In this document: one piece after another, positions 11,278 through 21,143 of the stretch
Numbering within the stretch: position 1 is the first letter of the stretch
Layout of the letters: each line of letters opens with the position of its first letter
Assembly (NCBI GenBank): GCA_000934665.2
Contig: JYFJ02004076.1
Location: forward strand, 1 to 34,981
Length of the DNA stretch: 34,981 nucleotides
Direction: 5' to 3'
DNA from: Catajapyx aquilonaris
Taxonomy: Eukaryota
Notes under the pieces: model-generated
What the model was told of the DNA's origin: nothing
Databases searched by the model: none
What the model saw: the letters and a program-made list of their open reading frames with translations, nothing else
Translations under genes and position numbers: made by a program

Positions 11278-12697
11278 ATGAACAGATCAAATCGCGACTT
11301 CCTCACGTTACGTCGACCATCACCAGTGATTCAAGTGAGCGTGGCAATGCCACCGGAAGGAAGTGAGGAGCAGAGAGACGCGTTTTGGACTTCATTCAGA
11401 CCACTGTCCATCTTAGCCACCTTTGCAGGAATCGCTCCTTGTCCTTGGCCCGGGAAAGATGCAAATTTGAAGTGGTACCAACGGTGGCCTACAATGGTGC
11501 ACTTCATTCTAATGGCTGCATATGTCGCAAAAGTGACTTGGATGCCATTCACGTTTTGGTACAGGAGCAGTAACACGAGCACAACAAGTTGGTTGACAAC
11601 ATTAACTCTTACTGGAGTACGGGTGTGTGGTCCATGGCTTCACTACATTTTCTGCCAAACCAGAGTCATTCAGATTTCGAATCTAGTACACCATTTTTCT
11701 GCACTAAACTTGCGTCCTCATGAGAGGAAACTTCGAAAATATTCTACACTGCTGGTGGCTGCTTGCTTCTTGCTGCCGTTAGCTGGAGTCTCACACATGA
11801 TATTTGCCTACTTTCGAAGAGGACAACTGTTTCAATCTTACAACATGTTGGACATAATCATTGTGTGGCACTCTTACTTTCTGCTTCACTTGATCCCCGT
11901 GCAAGTGGCCTTCTTGGCCACAGCCATCGCATTGAAGCTGGATGATTTCAATGAGGAAGTAATACATGTCTGCACTGCACAACGAAACGGACCCAGTGGT
12001 AACAAGCTGGTCACGAAGTTAATGTCTGCCAGCGACATGTTGAACGACCTTTGCCTGATAGTGGATGACATGGGCATAACTTACGGAGCATCCATCATGG
12101 CCACCTATCTCATATATGTCGTGTGGATTACCGGCAGTGTGTTTTACTTACTTCTTGATACAGACCAAAGTATAGTTGGCCCAATAATATTAGTAGTGGC
12201 TTTTGGGATAATCGTCCTATCAGTCGTTACCTTCACCATCATCTTGGGACGCATACCTCAGCAGGTAATTAGTACCGGGACATGTCTCTTCTATTGAGAG
12301 CCGTTGACTGTGATAATAATTACTATTTTGATGTTTTCAGAGCACTAGAGCATTGCGTCACCTCATCCACTCCTGTCCTCGGGCCACCAATCCAATCATC
12401 AAGGCACACGTGAGTGATGCACCTACACATTTAAACCTTCATTTCTGAAATGCACAACTGTACATTTCAGATGGAAGTATTCATACAAAAGCTGACCGGT
12501 CCTCCCATCGAGATATCTGCAGCCAATTACTTTGCAGTCAACCGAGGCCTATTGACAGCCGTAACTATGCAGAGCATATTAATTTTGATAAACTTATGTG
12601 GAAGTGTAGCTAATCACTCTTCATGTCTCCTTCACAGTTGGCTGCAGCAGTGACCACATACGCCATAGTCCTGGCGCAGTTCAACGGAGCAGAATAG
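11278..12697 (+). CDS. Gustatory receptor GR-d, 4 exons, 401 aa
   Basis: Exons 11278-12264, 12341-12409, 12471-12560 and 12638-12697, all phase-0 GT-AG. Ends LAAAVTTYAIVLAQFNGAE*. Confidence 0.92.
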
Positions 12698-12708
12698 CCG
12701 TTGTACCT

Positions 12709-13006
12709 GGTTATGGATTTGTGGGTGGAGAGGGGCCGCTCCCTGACTTTGACCTGACCTGTCTCCACCTTAACCAAACATTACCTTCTGGACACAATGG
12801 CATTGATCACCTCCATCGACTCTCCTTTTCAGTGTCAGTCTTTCGCTTCTCGGATGTTATATTTACGGGCTCTCTTGGGCACAGTTTGGACACGTTCAGA
12901 CGAGTCGCCAGCAATGAACAAGACTGTTTAGGTCGTGGTCGGGGGTACACTTGGCTGCCCTGAAGGTTCAACGAGGTTCAGAGTATTTTCCATTTGTTGC
13001 AGAAAA
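12709..13006 (+). promoter_or_regulatory. Conserved GR upstream module (copy before the displaced GR-c 5' end)
   Basis: Module begins 12 nt after the GR-d stop and runs into ATG 13007. Confidence 0.5.
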
Positions 13007-13191
13007 ATGATCATATCTAATCGAGACTTCCTCACGTTAGGTCGAACATCACCAGTGATTCAAGTGAAAGTGACATGTGCTCTATTGCCAGAAACCATGT
13101 TTTCCCGAACTTCTACTGTGCTTCAGGTGGGAAAAGAGAAATCTGCAGGGGGAACAGATGAGGTTAAGGAAAATTCTTTTTGGACAGTGTT
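13007..13191 (+). pseudogene. Displaced 5' fragment of GR-c
   Basis: Encodes MIISNRDFLTLGRTSPVIQV...VLQVGKEKSAGGTDEVKENSFWTV, homologous to the GR-d/GR-a N-termini. Ends TGG ACA GTG TT, which joins in frame to C AGA CCA at 10890 (-) to give FWTVFRPLSIL. Confidence 0.8.
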
Positions 13192-13303
13192 ACGTGGCAG
13201 TTTCACCATTGCAGTGGAGTGACACGGACTGAAAATAGGCAAGGCCAAATCGAGAGGACATTCCCTATAGCTGGCACTTAGGATTGGACAAGAAATTCTG
13301 CTC

Positions 13304-14752
13304 ATGATAAGGTCCAACAGAGTGGTTTCGATGAAGGAAATGAACAGCTCAAAAGACAATGCATTTTGGGAAGTGTTGAGACCAGTGGCCATCATGTCAG
13401 TGGTTGGAGGAATCGCTCCTTTTCCATGGCCCAAGAAAGAGGACGATTTCAGAGGAAAGTGGTACAGACTGTGGCCAACAATGGTTCACTTCCTCTTACT
13501 CGCCACTTACATCGCCATCTTCAGCTGTCATCCTCCGAAGGTCCTCCTGACCAGTGAGAACCAAGAGAAAAGCCAGAATAAAACATTGACTGGTCTCATT
13601 GTGCAGGCCCTTCTTAGCATTGCCTCGTGGCTGAACTTCATCTGGGTTCAAAAGAGTCTCACGAATATTTGGAAACTAATCAACCGATTGTCAAATCAAG
13701 ATGTGAGCAGGCACAAAAGGTCACTGCGAAAATGTTCATTGTTACTGGCAGTAGCCTCCGCCTTATTTCCTTTACTGGAATTGTCTAGGATGATTACTGC
13801 TCTGGCTCTTGAAGGGGTGTTATTTCAGTCGTATTACTTGTTCTTTGTGTTCTATGTGTGGCACTGTTTATTCCTGCTTCACATTATTCCCAGTCAGTTG
13901 GTATTCCTGGTACTAGTTATCCAGTCGCACATTAAGGATTTTAACAATGAAATCACAAGAATATGCCATTTTCTACACCAATCCACTCCGGAGCAACAAA
14001 ATAGCGAAAGTCTAATAAGGAGCACTAGCTATTCAGCTGATCTCTATTACGAATTCAGTGCCTTAGTGAACACGATTAACAACACTTATGGCATACACAT
14101 CATGATCTTTTTCCTGACATGTGTCATCTGGACTACGAAATCTCTATTTTGTTTAGTCTCGATTTCCGAGCCATTAATTATCACCTATACGAGACTCATT
14201 GTCATTACCCTCATCATCGTTTCTGTGGTGGTTCTCACTATTGTTTTGGGATCAATTGAAAGACAGGTACAGTGTTACATTTAGCAGTTAGTTTGTGACC
14301 ATATTAATGTTTCAACATTTTCAGAGCAGCAGTTCCCTGGACGATCTCATGAACGCAAATCGTCGGGTTGTCAATCCGAGTGTAAAGGCAGACGTAAGCG
14401 TTAGATGGTGTTCAGTGCAGTTTGTTTTTCATCATGTAATAACTGAAGAAATTAATTGCACTTTCGCTTCATTATTCAGATCGATTCGCTGATCCAGAAG
14501 ATGACTGGTTCTCCCATAGAGATAACTGTGGCCAATTATTTCACGGTTAATCGAAGCCTCTTGACGTCAGTAAGTTGTGATGCTAATTATTTTAGAGTCC
14601 GGATTTGTAGGCAAATGCCTATTTAGTTCCTTAACACTTCCTTAACTCTTCAGATCGCCGGATCTGTGACCACGTACCTTATAGTTCTGGCTCAATTCAA
14701 AGGGGCTGAGAAGTTGGAGGTTTCTTCTACCACAGCATCACCTAACATATAG
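13304..14752 (+). CDS. Gustatory receptor GR-e (more divergent paralog), 4 exons, 406 aa
   Basis: Exons 13304-14266, 14325-14393, 14480-14569 and 14654-14752. Internal exons are the same 69 and 90 nt as in the other GRs. Signature IEITVANYFTVNRSLLTS-IAGSVTTYLIVLAQF. Confidence 0.92.
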
Positions 14753-15059
14753 CAAGAGCACAGTGAGGCTGCACAGACCGTGTAAGGCAACTTATGCAGC
14801 TGCTTTTTATTTCAAAAGCTATGAAAATATGTTCCTGTTACATATTACACATCAAATATGTCGTCATTATCCTTGAATATGTTAGAAAACCAATATATTG
14901 AAGAGCCTCAAAAACATGAGTCACCCCGTTTAATATTATTTATTGGATCTATTTTGATACATTGATTGATGCGAGACATGCAAAATATTTCTATTCTTCC
15001 ACAGTACGACTGTACAGACGTACAGTACAGCACATAGGAGCATAATTACCGTATGTCTG

Positions 15060-15905
15060 TTACGGTGTCGAGCGTATCATACGCAATTTGTCCACGACTA
15101 CACAGCACAGTTCTCCCAAAAACGCAACCAACGCAGCTATGTTTCCAGACAAGAGAATCAGAAAAGGACCTTCCACATGATCCCAGGTGAACTGGACATT
15201 TTCATCGTCAAGTGGGTACCACTTATAGCGTATTTTGTCAAAGGTCACGATCCTCATGAGATCATGTTCGTGAATACTCTGCCAAAGAATGTCCAGACCT
15301 ATGCTATTAAAAACATGCATCCAGTGGTCAATGTTCTCAGCCAAGATGTTGTCCTTCAGGACTATTAGTGAGGCGTGGACAACAGCAAGTGTGTCGGAGG
15401 ATGTGAAGGTCTCAGAATTGCGGAATAGTGTGGCAAAATAGGCGACATCTTTCAAGACACCGTCGGACTCGAGTATTACAACATCGTCTGTAAGGATGTC
15501 ATCGTATCTCCTGTCAATGTAGCGTACAGCACGTATTTTATCCAAAAGGTCGGCATACATATCTCGGAATTCGACAACTGCTTCTTCTAGGAACATTTGC
15601 ACTACTCGAGACGTTTCTATGGAGAATTTTGAATGAGACAGCTCTTGAATGTCTCTGGGTATTTTTTCCACTGGAGGAAAAACCAGTGTGTCCAGACTCT
15701 GAGGGATTGGTCCGTCCCAGTCGTGGGTGACAGCCAGTGGACATTCAGTGTCCATGACGAGGTTTCTTTGGAGAATATTGTTGACAAACTTTGGAATCTG
15801 CTCCTGTGTATCATGTTCAGGTGTTAAAGTAACTAGACCCGATGCGACGTTGGCAAAAAAGATCACTGCTACTGCTCCAACCAACACCATTTTGAATTCA
15901 TACAT
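15060..15905 (-). CDS. Truncated IR-derived single-pass protein ('mini-IR'), 281 aa
   Basis: ATG 15905 with a signal peptide. ECPLAVTHDW resembles IR-A DCLLVLGHDY. LIVLKDNILAENIDHWMHVFNSIGLDILW resembles the IR-D S2 end FGFDKSNVLSPKIFRYHKRIQESGLVAQW. The C-terminus HVEGPFLILLSGNIAALVAFLGE is an IR last helix. No S1 motif, M1, pore or M3. Confidence 0.72.
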   Translation of the reverse strand: MYEFKMVLVGAVAVIFFANVASGLVTLTPEHDTQEQIPKFVNNILQRNLVMDTECPLAVTHDWDGPIPQSLDTLVFPPVEKIPRDIQELSHSKFSIETSRVVQMFLEEAVVEFRDMYADLLDKIRAVRYIDRRYDDILTDDVVILESDGVLKDVAYFATLFRNSETFTSSDTLAVVHASLIVLKDNILAENIDHWMHVFNSIGLDILWQSIHEHDLMRIVTFDKIRYKWYPLDDENVQFTWDHVEGPFLILLSGNIAALVAFLGELCCVVVDKLRMIRSTP

Positions 15906-16968
15906 CGTATCGGTTGTAATTCCCAACTGTCCCTTCCTCCACCATGCCTCAGAGTGTCACCTTGTGCTTCATTCTGGCCGGATATCACACAAATGAATTT
16001 TTAATTTCTGCATATCCTTTCAGCAATTCTGTGCAAGTGTTTCCGGCAAACGTGCCACATTCATCAAAGGACTCTTGGCACAAGGTCCCATCGATTGTTG
16101 TCGACTGAATTCCCGAAAATTCATCGCTTTATGGCAACGGAAATATTTATCGGTCTGTATGTGTGACTGCGAATTTTATAATATAGTAAAATGGTGCAAT
16201 ATCGTCAGATAATCCCACAAGCTCTCACAAAAATATCATCCTGAAATATGTCCCAACAGCCCACATCAACAGCATTTTGATATTCATTATGTTATTTCCC
16301 CAGTGTCTGTTCCTATACTTTGCCTATAGAAATGGCGTCCAACAGAATTGTTAATTACAGCAGAGTCGGTTGATTATTATGCATGAGAGACCTTTGCGGC
16401 ATGAGCTACAGAGCGGTCCCGGTCACTCCGTCACATGGATCTTGATCAAAGGAATGGTGCTCAAGGTATTATCGATTGTTATGGATAGAATTTCTGGGTA
16501 TGGGTCGTTATGTGGCACACACGTTGTTGATCTCAAATGTTGAAAATTGATGAAATAATATGCAAGTAAACATCTGGATGACTAATGCCTCTTTCTGGTT
16601 TTATACATCAGTCGACTCCCAAACTTGGTCAGTGGTTCATACACATAATTATGCAACGTTACTAACTAAACGGACAACTTCATTTTTTCTGTCTGTAGAT
16701 TCTTCTGATTTTTAGAAATACCTTATTACGAAAGCAGCACAACATTTTTTTTTTCGAAAAGGATGCGTAATGTTTGCGGTCACGTGGTATTTGCACGACC
16801 CCTAGATAGGATTGGAACCAACCAAACATTGACATAGTTGATGGGAAATTTCTGATGCACAAAGTGATTTGTCCAAGGTAGTGATATGCCTCATATACAT
16901 GCCTCATATATATGCACAAATATATTAGGCCAATGTAGTGATTTGGCCACGGAAGCTGAAGGTCGGGA

Positions 16969-17081
16969 CAGAAGGCCCTTATCGACGAAGTGGAGAGGTA
17001 CAGCCTGCTCTACGAGGTGGGGAAGACCGAGTATCGGAACAAGGGGAAGAACGATATGGGCGAAAGCCCTAGGAAGACCAA
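16969..17081 (+). pseudogene. MADF/Myb-SANT-like domain remnant, probably from a PIF/Harbinger DNA-binding gene
   Basis: GC-rich island reading QKALIDEVERYSLLYEVGKTEYRNKGKND, then WAKALGRP after a frameshift, followed by a gtaagt donor. Fits the MADF pattern LIxxVxxxxxLYxxxxxxY(K/R)N...W....LG. Confidence 0.6.
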
Positions 17082-17802
17082 GTAAGTTTTAATCAAATGC
17101 ATTCTGAACCATCCTGCCCATGTTCCGAGGGCCTACACAACACTTCACTTACTATTCCCATCCCAGGTCATAAATACGGGAATAATTGTTTAATACCAGT
17201 GAATAATGTACCGTATGAGAAACAGTTACGTTATGCATAGTTCGCAACCCGTTCAAATCCTTTCTATACTGTTCTCTTTGTACTGGTTATGTAATAGTCT
17301 AAGCAGGGTATTGATATGTACTGTACATGGGATATGACTGTATACTGTGACTGTACTAGGGTATCAGTATACTGGCAGGTGGAATTTTTCGTAATTATAC
17401 TAAGCAGATTTATTTTCTCTAAAAATAGCCAGTACTATTTTCCCCTAGGTTTATAGGATTATAATATTATGAGCTTGCCTTTCACATAGATGATATCATT
17501 AAAGGATTGATCCTCCTTTACTCCTTTGAGATAGTGGAAAATGTATATCTCAGAATTTCACGTTTCTAAAAGGGAAGTAATCGTGATGGCATAATTTATC
17601 TGGTTCGCAAAGCATCATTTTTGTGCTTATAGGATTTTGCATGAATGTGAGGGAGATTGTAAGGGAAAAAATCGGAAAACTTATTACGATGAAAATTACA
17701 TGGACCACCATCCTGCTGGATCATTACAGTCAATATAGTCAAATCAGCAAACAGTCACTTGTGTATCCCTTTTGGTTTAGTCGGTGTACGTGAGTGTCCA
17801 AG

Positions 17803-19755
17803 ATGAAGCTGCTCGTGTGCATCGCTGTTCATCTGTGGCTCACTTGCATCGTCGCAGAGTTGATAATACGTCAAAATGATAACAATCATCTGTCCCTGGT
17901 GACCTCCCTCATTGCCAGAATACACCGTGAGAGAAATGACTGTCTCCTGGTACTGGGTCACGATTACGAGGTCATCCCGGATTCCATCAACGACCTAGTC
18001 AGGAACATTACAAGCGGAGGAGGACTGGTTACTGCTGTCCGTTGGTCCGAGTCTACGATACTTCCATCGCCCAACCCAAACCGTGACGGCAACTTTGAGT
18101 ACTGGTTCTCATGGATGGAGAGGACCACTGCCCAATGGCTGACCAACTGCGGCTTCTTTGTGATGATCTACCACAAAGGTCACTTCCAGCAGGTCATGAG
18201 GTACATGGCCAGTCTGGTCAGGACGAACCCCAGGATAGACCAATACTTGTACTACAGCCCGGATTCGGACGTCTCTCAGGACATGCTGAACATGGACTAT
18301 CGATTCCTGTTCCAAGTGGGACTAGTCCAAGAGGATCCGGACACCATCAGCATTGTCAACAACTGTCATTTCTGCAACAAAGGACAGGCCAAGGTTGTCC
18401 AGAGGGGCAAGTACAGGATCCAATCAGGGCTTAGTCCTAATGATCTGAAGATATTCCCTGATTACTCCAACAGTGTGAACGGACGATATGTCAACATCAC
18501 TTTCTCTGTTGGGTCGTCCAAAGCCGACATGGATTATTTTTTGGAAAACGACATGCCGGTGTTGCCGTACATAAGACCATTTCACACAGCTGCTCAACAT
18601 TTCAACTTTGACTTCCATATCGAGTCACCTGTGGAAGAAGCTGGGATCGAAGCTGTTTTGCCAGATGGGAACTGGACAGGCATCATAGGTCCTTTGCAGA
18701 GAAGAGAGTCGGAATTGGGGGCAGCTCTATGCGCCAGTGGTGTGATGGCTGTCATTGACTTGACCACTTGTTTCTACCCAACGACAATCACTCTTACTAC
18801 CAGGATGCCTCGACCTCTGTACACTTGGGGTGCCATAGCCAAGCCTTTCACACCGGATATGTGGGCAGCAATATTCGCAACAGCAACAGTGGTCACCCTT
18901 GTCTTCTACTTTCTCCTAAAAGTAGAGTACAGCATGGGAAAACCTTTTCCTGTAGAAGCAACCCCACCCACTCACCTCTCCTTGTACTCTCTCCGGTTCT
19001 CATTTTCCGCCCTGATTGAAGAAAACCCTAATCTGATCCCAACAGTCGACTCGTTGAAGGTATTGCTGTGCTTTTACTGGCTGTTTTGCGACCTGATTGT
19101 CCTGGCTTACGAGGCCATGTACTTCGGATTCATGGTCTCTCCAGCACTGGAGCCTCTGCCCAAGAGCCTGAAGGAGATGGTGGACTGGCCCAACTGGAAG
19201 TGGGACACCATGGACTATGTGACGGACTCGGCCAACATGCTGACGGAGTTTTCAGAGGAAGAGCACATCAAGAAGTTGAGGGCCGGGATGCAAGGAGGCA
19301 GCGACATGACCGGATGCATGGTGAGGACGATTGAAGAGGACTTCAGCTGCCTGGCCTTCGATCAGTTCCTGGACGCCTTGTCCTGGCAGTTTATCGACTT
19401 GGAAGGAAATCGTCCTGTCCAAACTGTGCAGGACTCTTCCTTGTGGATCACTGCTTGTTTATCAACCCCCAAGTATTCAATTATGTTTCACGCATTCAAA
19501 CGTTTCGAGTTGTCTCACGTCAAGGGAAACTTGTTCGGCTTCTGGACCACCGAATTTTCATACTTGGTTTCGCTGATGGCCATGAGAGATGCCAGGGCAA
19601 AGAACCTGTCCTACACACCTCCCATGGCCCTCAACATCAGTCAGTTGAAGGCTCCGTTTGCCATTCTGGGAACCTTCATAACCATTGCTTTCTTCGTCTT
19701 CATTGGCGAGGTCATCAAATTCCGTGTGGACAAGAAGAAGAAAGAGACCAAGTAA
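17803..19755 (+). CDS. Divergent ionotropic receptor (IR-B), single coding exon, 650 aa; close paralog of IR-A
   Basis: ATG 17803. Colinear with IR-A at a constant offset of 16643 nt, with the same motifs. Confidence 0.9.
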   Translation: MKLLVCIAVHLWLTCIVAELIIRQNDNNHLSLVTSLIARIHRERNDCLLVLGHDYEVIPDSINDLVRNITSGGGLVTAVRWSESTILPSPNPNRDGNFEYWFSWMERTTAQWLTNCGFFVMIYHKGHFQQVMRYMASLVRTNPRIDQYLYYSPDSDVSQDMLNMDYRFLFQVGLVQEDPDTISIVNNCHFCNKGQAKVVQRGKYRIQSGLSPNDLKIFPDYSNSVNGRYVNITFSVGSSKADMDYFLENDMPVLPYIRPFHTAAQHFNFDFHIESPVEEAGIEAVLPDGNWTGIIGPLQRRESELGAALCASGVMAVIDLTTCFYPTTITLTTRMPRPLYTWGAIAKPFTPDMWAAIFATATVVTLVFYFLLKVEYSMGKPFPVEATPPTHLSLYSLRFSFSALIEENPNLIPTVDSLKVLLCFYWLFCDLIVLAYEAMYFGFMVSPALEPLPKSLKEMVDWPNWKWDTMDYVTDSANMLTEFSEEEHIKKLRAGMQGGSDMTGCMVRTIEEDFSCLAFDQFLDALSWQFIDLEGNRPVQTVQDSSLWITACLSTPKYSIMFHAFKRFELSHVKGNLFGFWTTEFSYLVSLMAMRDARAKNLSYTPPMALNISQLKAPFAILGTFITIAFFVFIGEVIKFRVDKKKKETK

Positions 19756-20479
19756 TGGAACAGCCGCATTGTTACAGTCTAATGGGACAGGCACTTGCAA
19801 CACTAAAATATCACGCAGAGTTATTGCATGCGATAAGCACAATCAACTGACATTTAACATGTGTTTATTCCACCATTTAATGGCTACTACACAGCAGCAA
19901 ATATCGCCCCAACAAATGCATGATGTATTCTGCAATAATAGGAGTGTATGCACTCTTATGTCCATTAACAGATTCAATGTGTAAAAGTATTCTCTCATTG
20001 CTTCAGATCAGAATATATTTTACTCATTCCAACAATATTGATATGCCCATCTTTAAAGCGACATCTATGTCCATCTGTGATGAATGAAGTGCATTAAATA
20101 TACCGACATTCAAGTGATGTTAGTATAGACACTGACGTTTTATTTTGCATATGTAGATAGGTCTAGAACAATTATTGACATGTTGAATTAATAATGAAAT
20201 AGCTTAGTCATAATTGAGTATGAAAAAACGTCACTCAAGTTACATGCACTTGTCAAAATGATCATAGCACATTACAATTAATAGCATCGTGGTTCTTTAG
20301 AGTGATTGTAGTACTACGTTTTACTCACAAATGACACCACCATCCAACATATAGTATGAAGCATTAATGTGAAGCAAAGGTCCTGTCCTATAAGTGCGAC
20401 TTTATGAATTATTGTAGTGAAATTAGTCCAAGAAAAATAAAATAGGTTTAACATCCACAAAATTATACGATTTCCTTTC

Positions 20480-20548
<69 letters not shown>
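20480..20548 (+). repeat. (GAT)23 microsatellite
   Basis: Perfect trinucleotide run counted directly. Confidence 0.97.
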
Positions 20549-20630
20549 ATCGTCGGTGATCATGCAAAACCTCGTATCTCCTGCAAAAACCAATGGAAGA
20601 TACGAGGTTTTGCATGATCACCGACGATAT
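20547..20630. repeat. Perfect 33-bp inverted repeat with 18-nt loop
   Basis: atatcgtcggtgatcatgcaaaacctcgtatct (20547-20579) is the exact reverse complement of 20598-20630. Confidence 0.95.
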
Positions 20631-21078
20631 TGTAATAAATGTGAATAAAGCACACACTATACCGTACATTTTCTCGGAAATAATTCAGGGTCAAATACTG
20701 TAAAATGGGTAAATATAGCCAATTTCATTACACCGTATGAATTATTATAACTCACGGTGAGTTATTTTCTCTAGGTCCTTTGGTTCGTTTTACTCCATAT
20801 GCTAATTGCAAAATTTCCGTCCATCCATCATGCTGATTACAAAAGTTTTTGTACTTAGACGTCACTCGGCATTGCACGCAATAGTAAATGTACTCCATTC
20901 TTCAATCATTACTCATGTGAAAGCGAGTTTCTCCATTTACCTGAAAACAGACCATTCGCATTCATTGCCACACTTTTTTTATATTACACAACAACACCAC
21001 GGATGTACATCTCATATGTTATGGTATTTCCTTTGGTTGCATCGCTTCATAAACTAATGTTAAGCAAACAGTGGTGCG

Positions 21079-21118
21079 TATATAAGTAAGACGATGACAT
21101 CGTGATTTTTCAGTCAGT
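21079..21118 (+). promoter_or_regulatory. TATA box + arthropod initiator of the FPPS-like gene
   Basis: TATATAA at 21079-21085, and overlapping TCAGTCAGT at 21110-21118 about 30 nt downstream. ATG at 21144. Confidence 0.7.
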
Positions 21119-21143
21119 TTCAAGCAAGACACAAGTGAACATT

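Noticed and set aside
12721..12963. Shared peptide LTCLH..TLPSGHNGIDHL in module ORFs (also 4037-4267)
   Set aside because: Reading frame and start are not preserved among the five module copies because of indels.
20463..20669. Poly-His ORF (also the His run in ORF 3822-4055)
   Set aside because: Translation of (GAT/CAT)n microsatellites.
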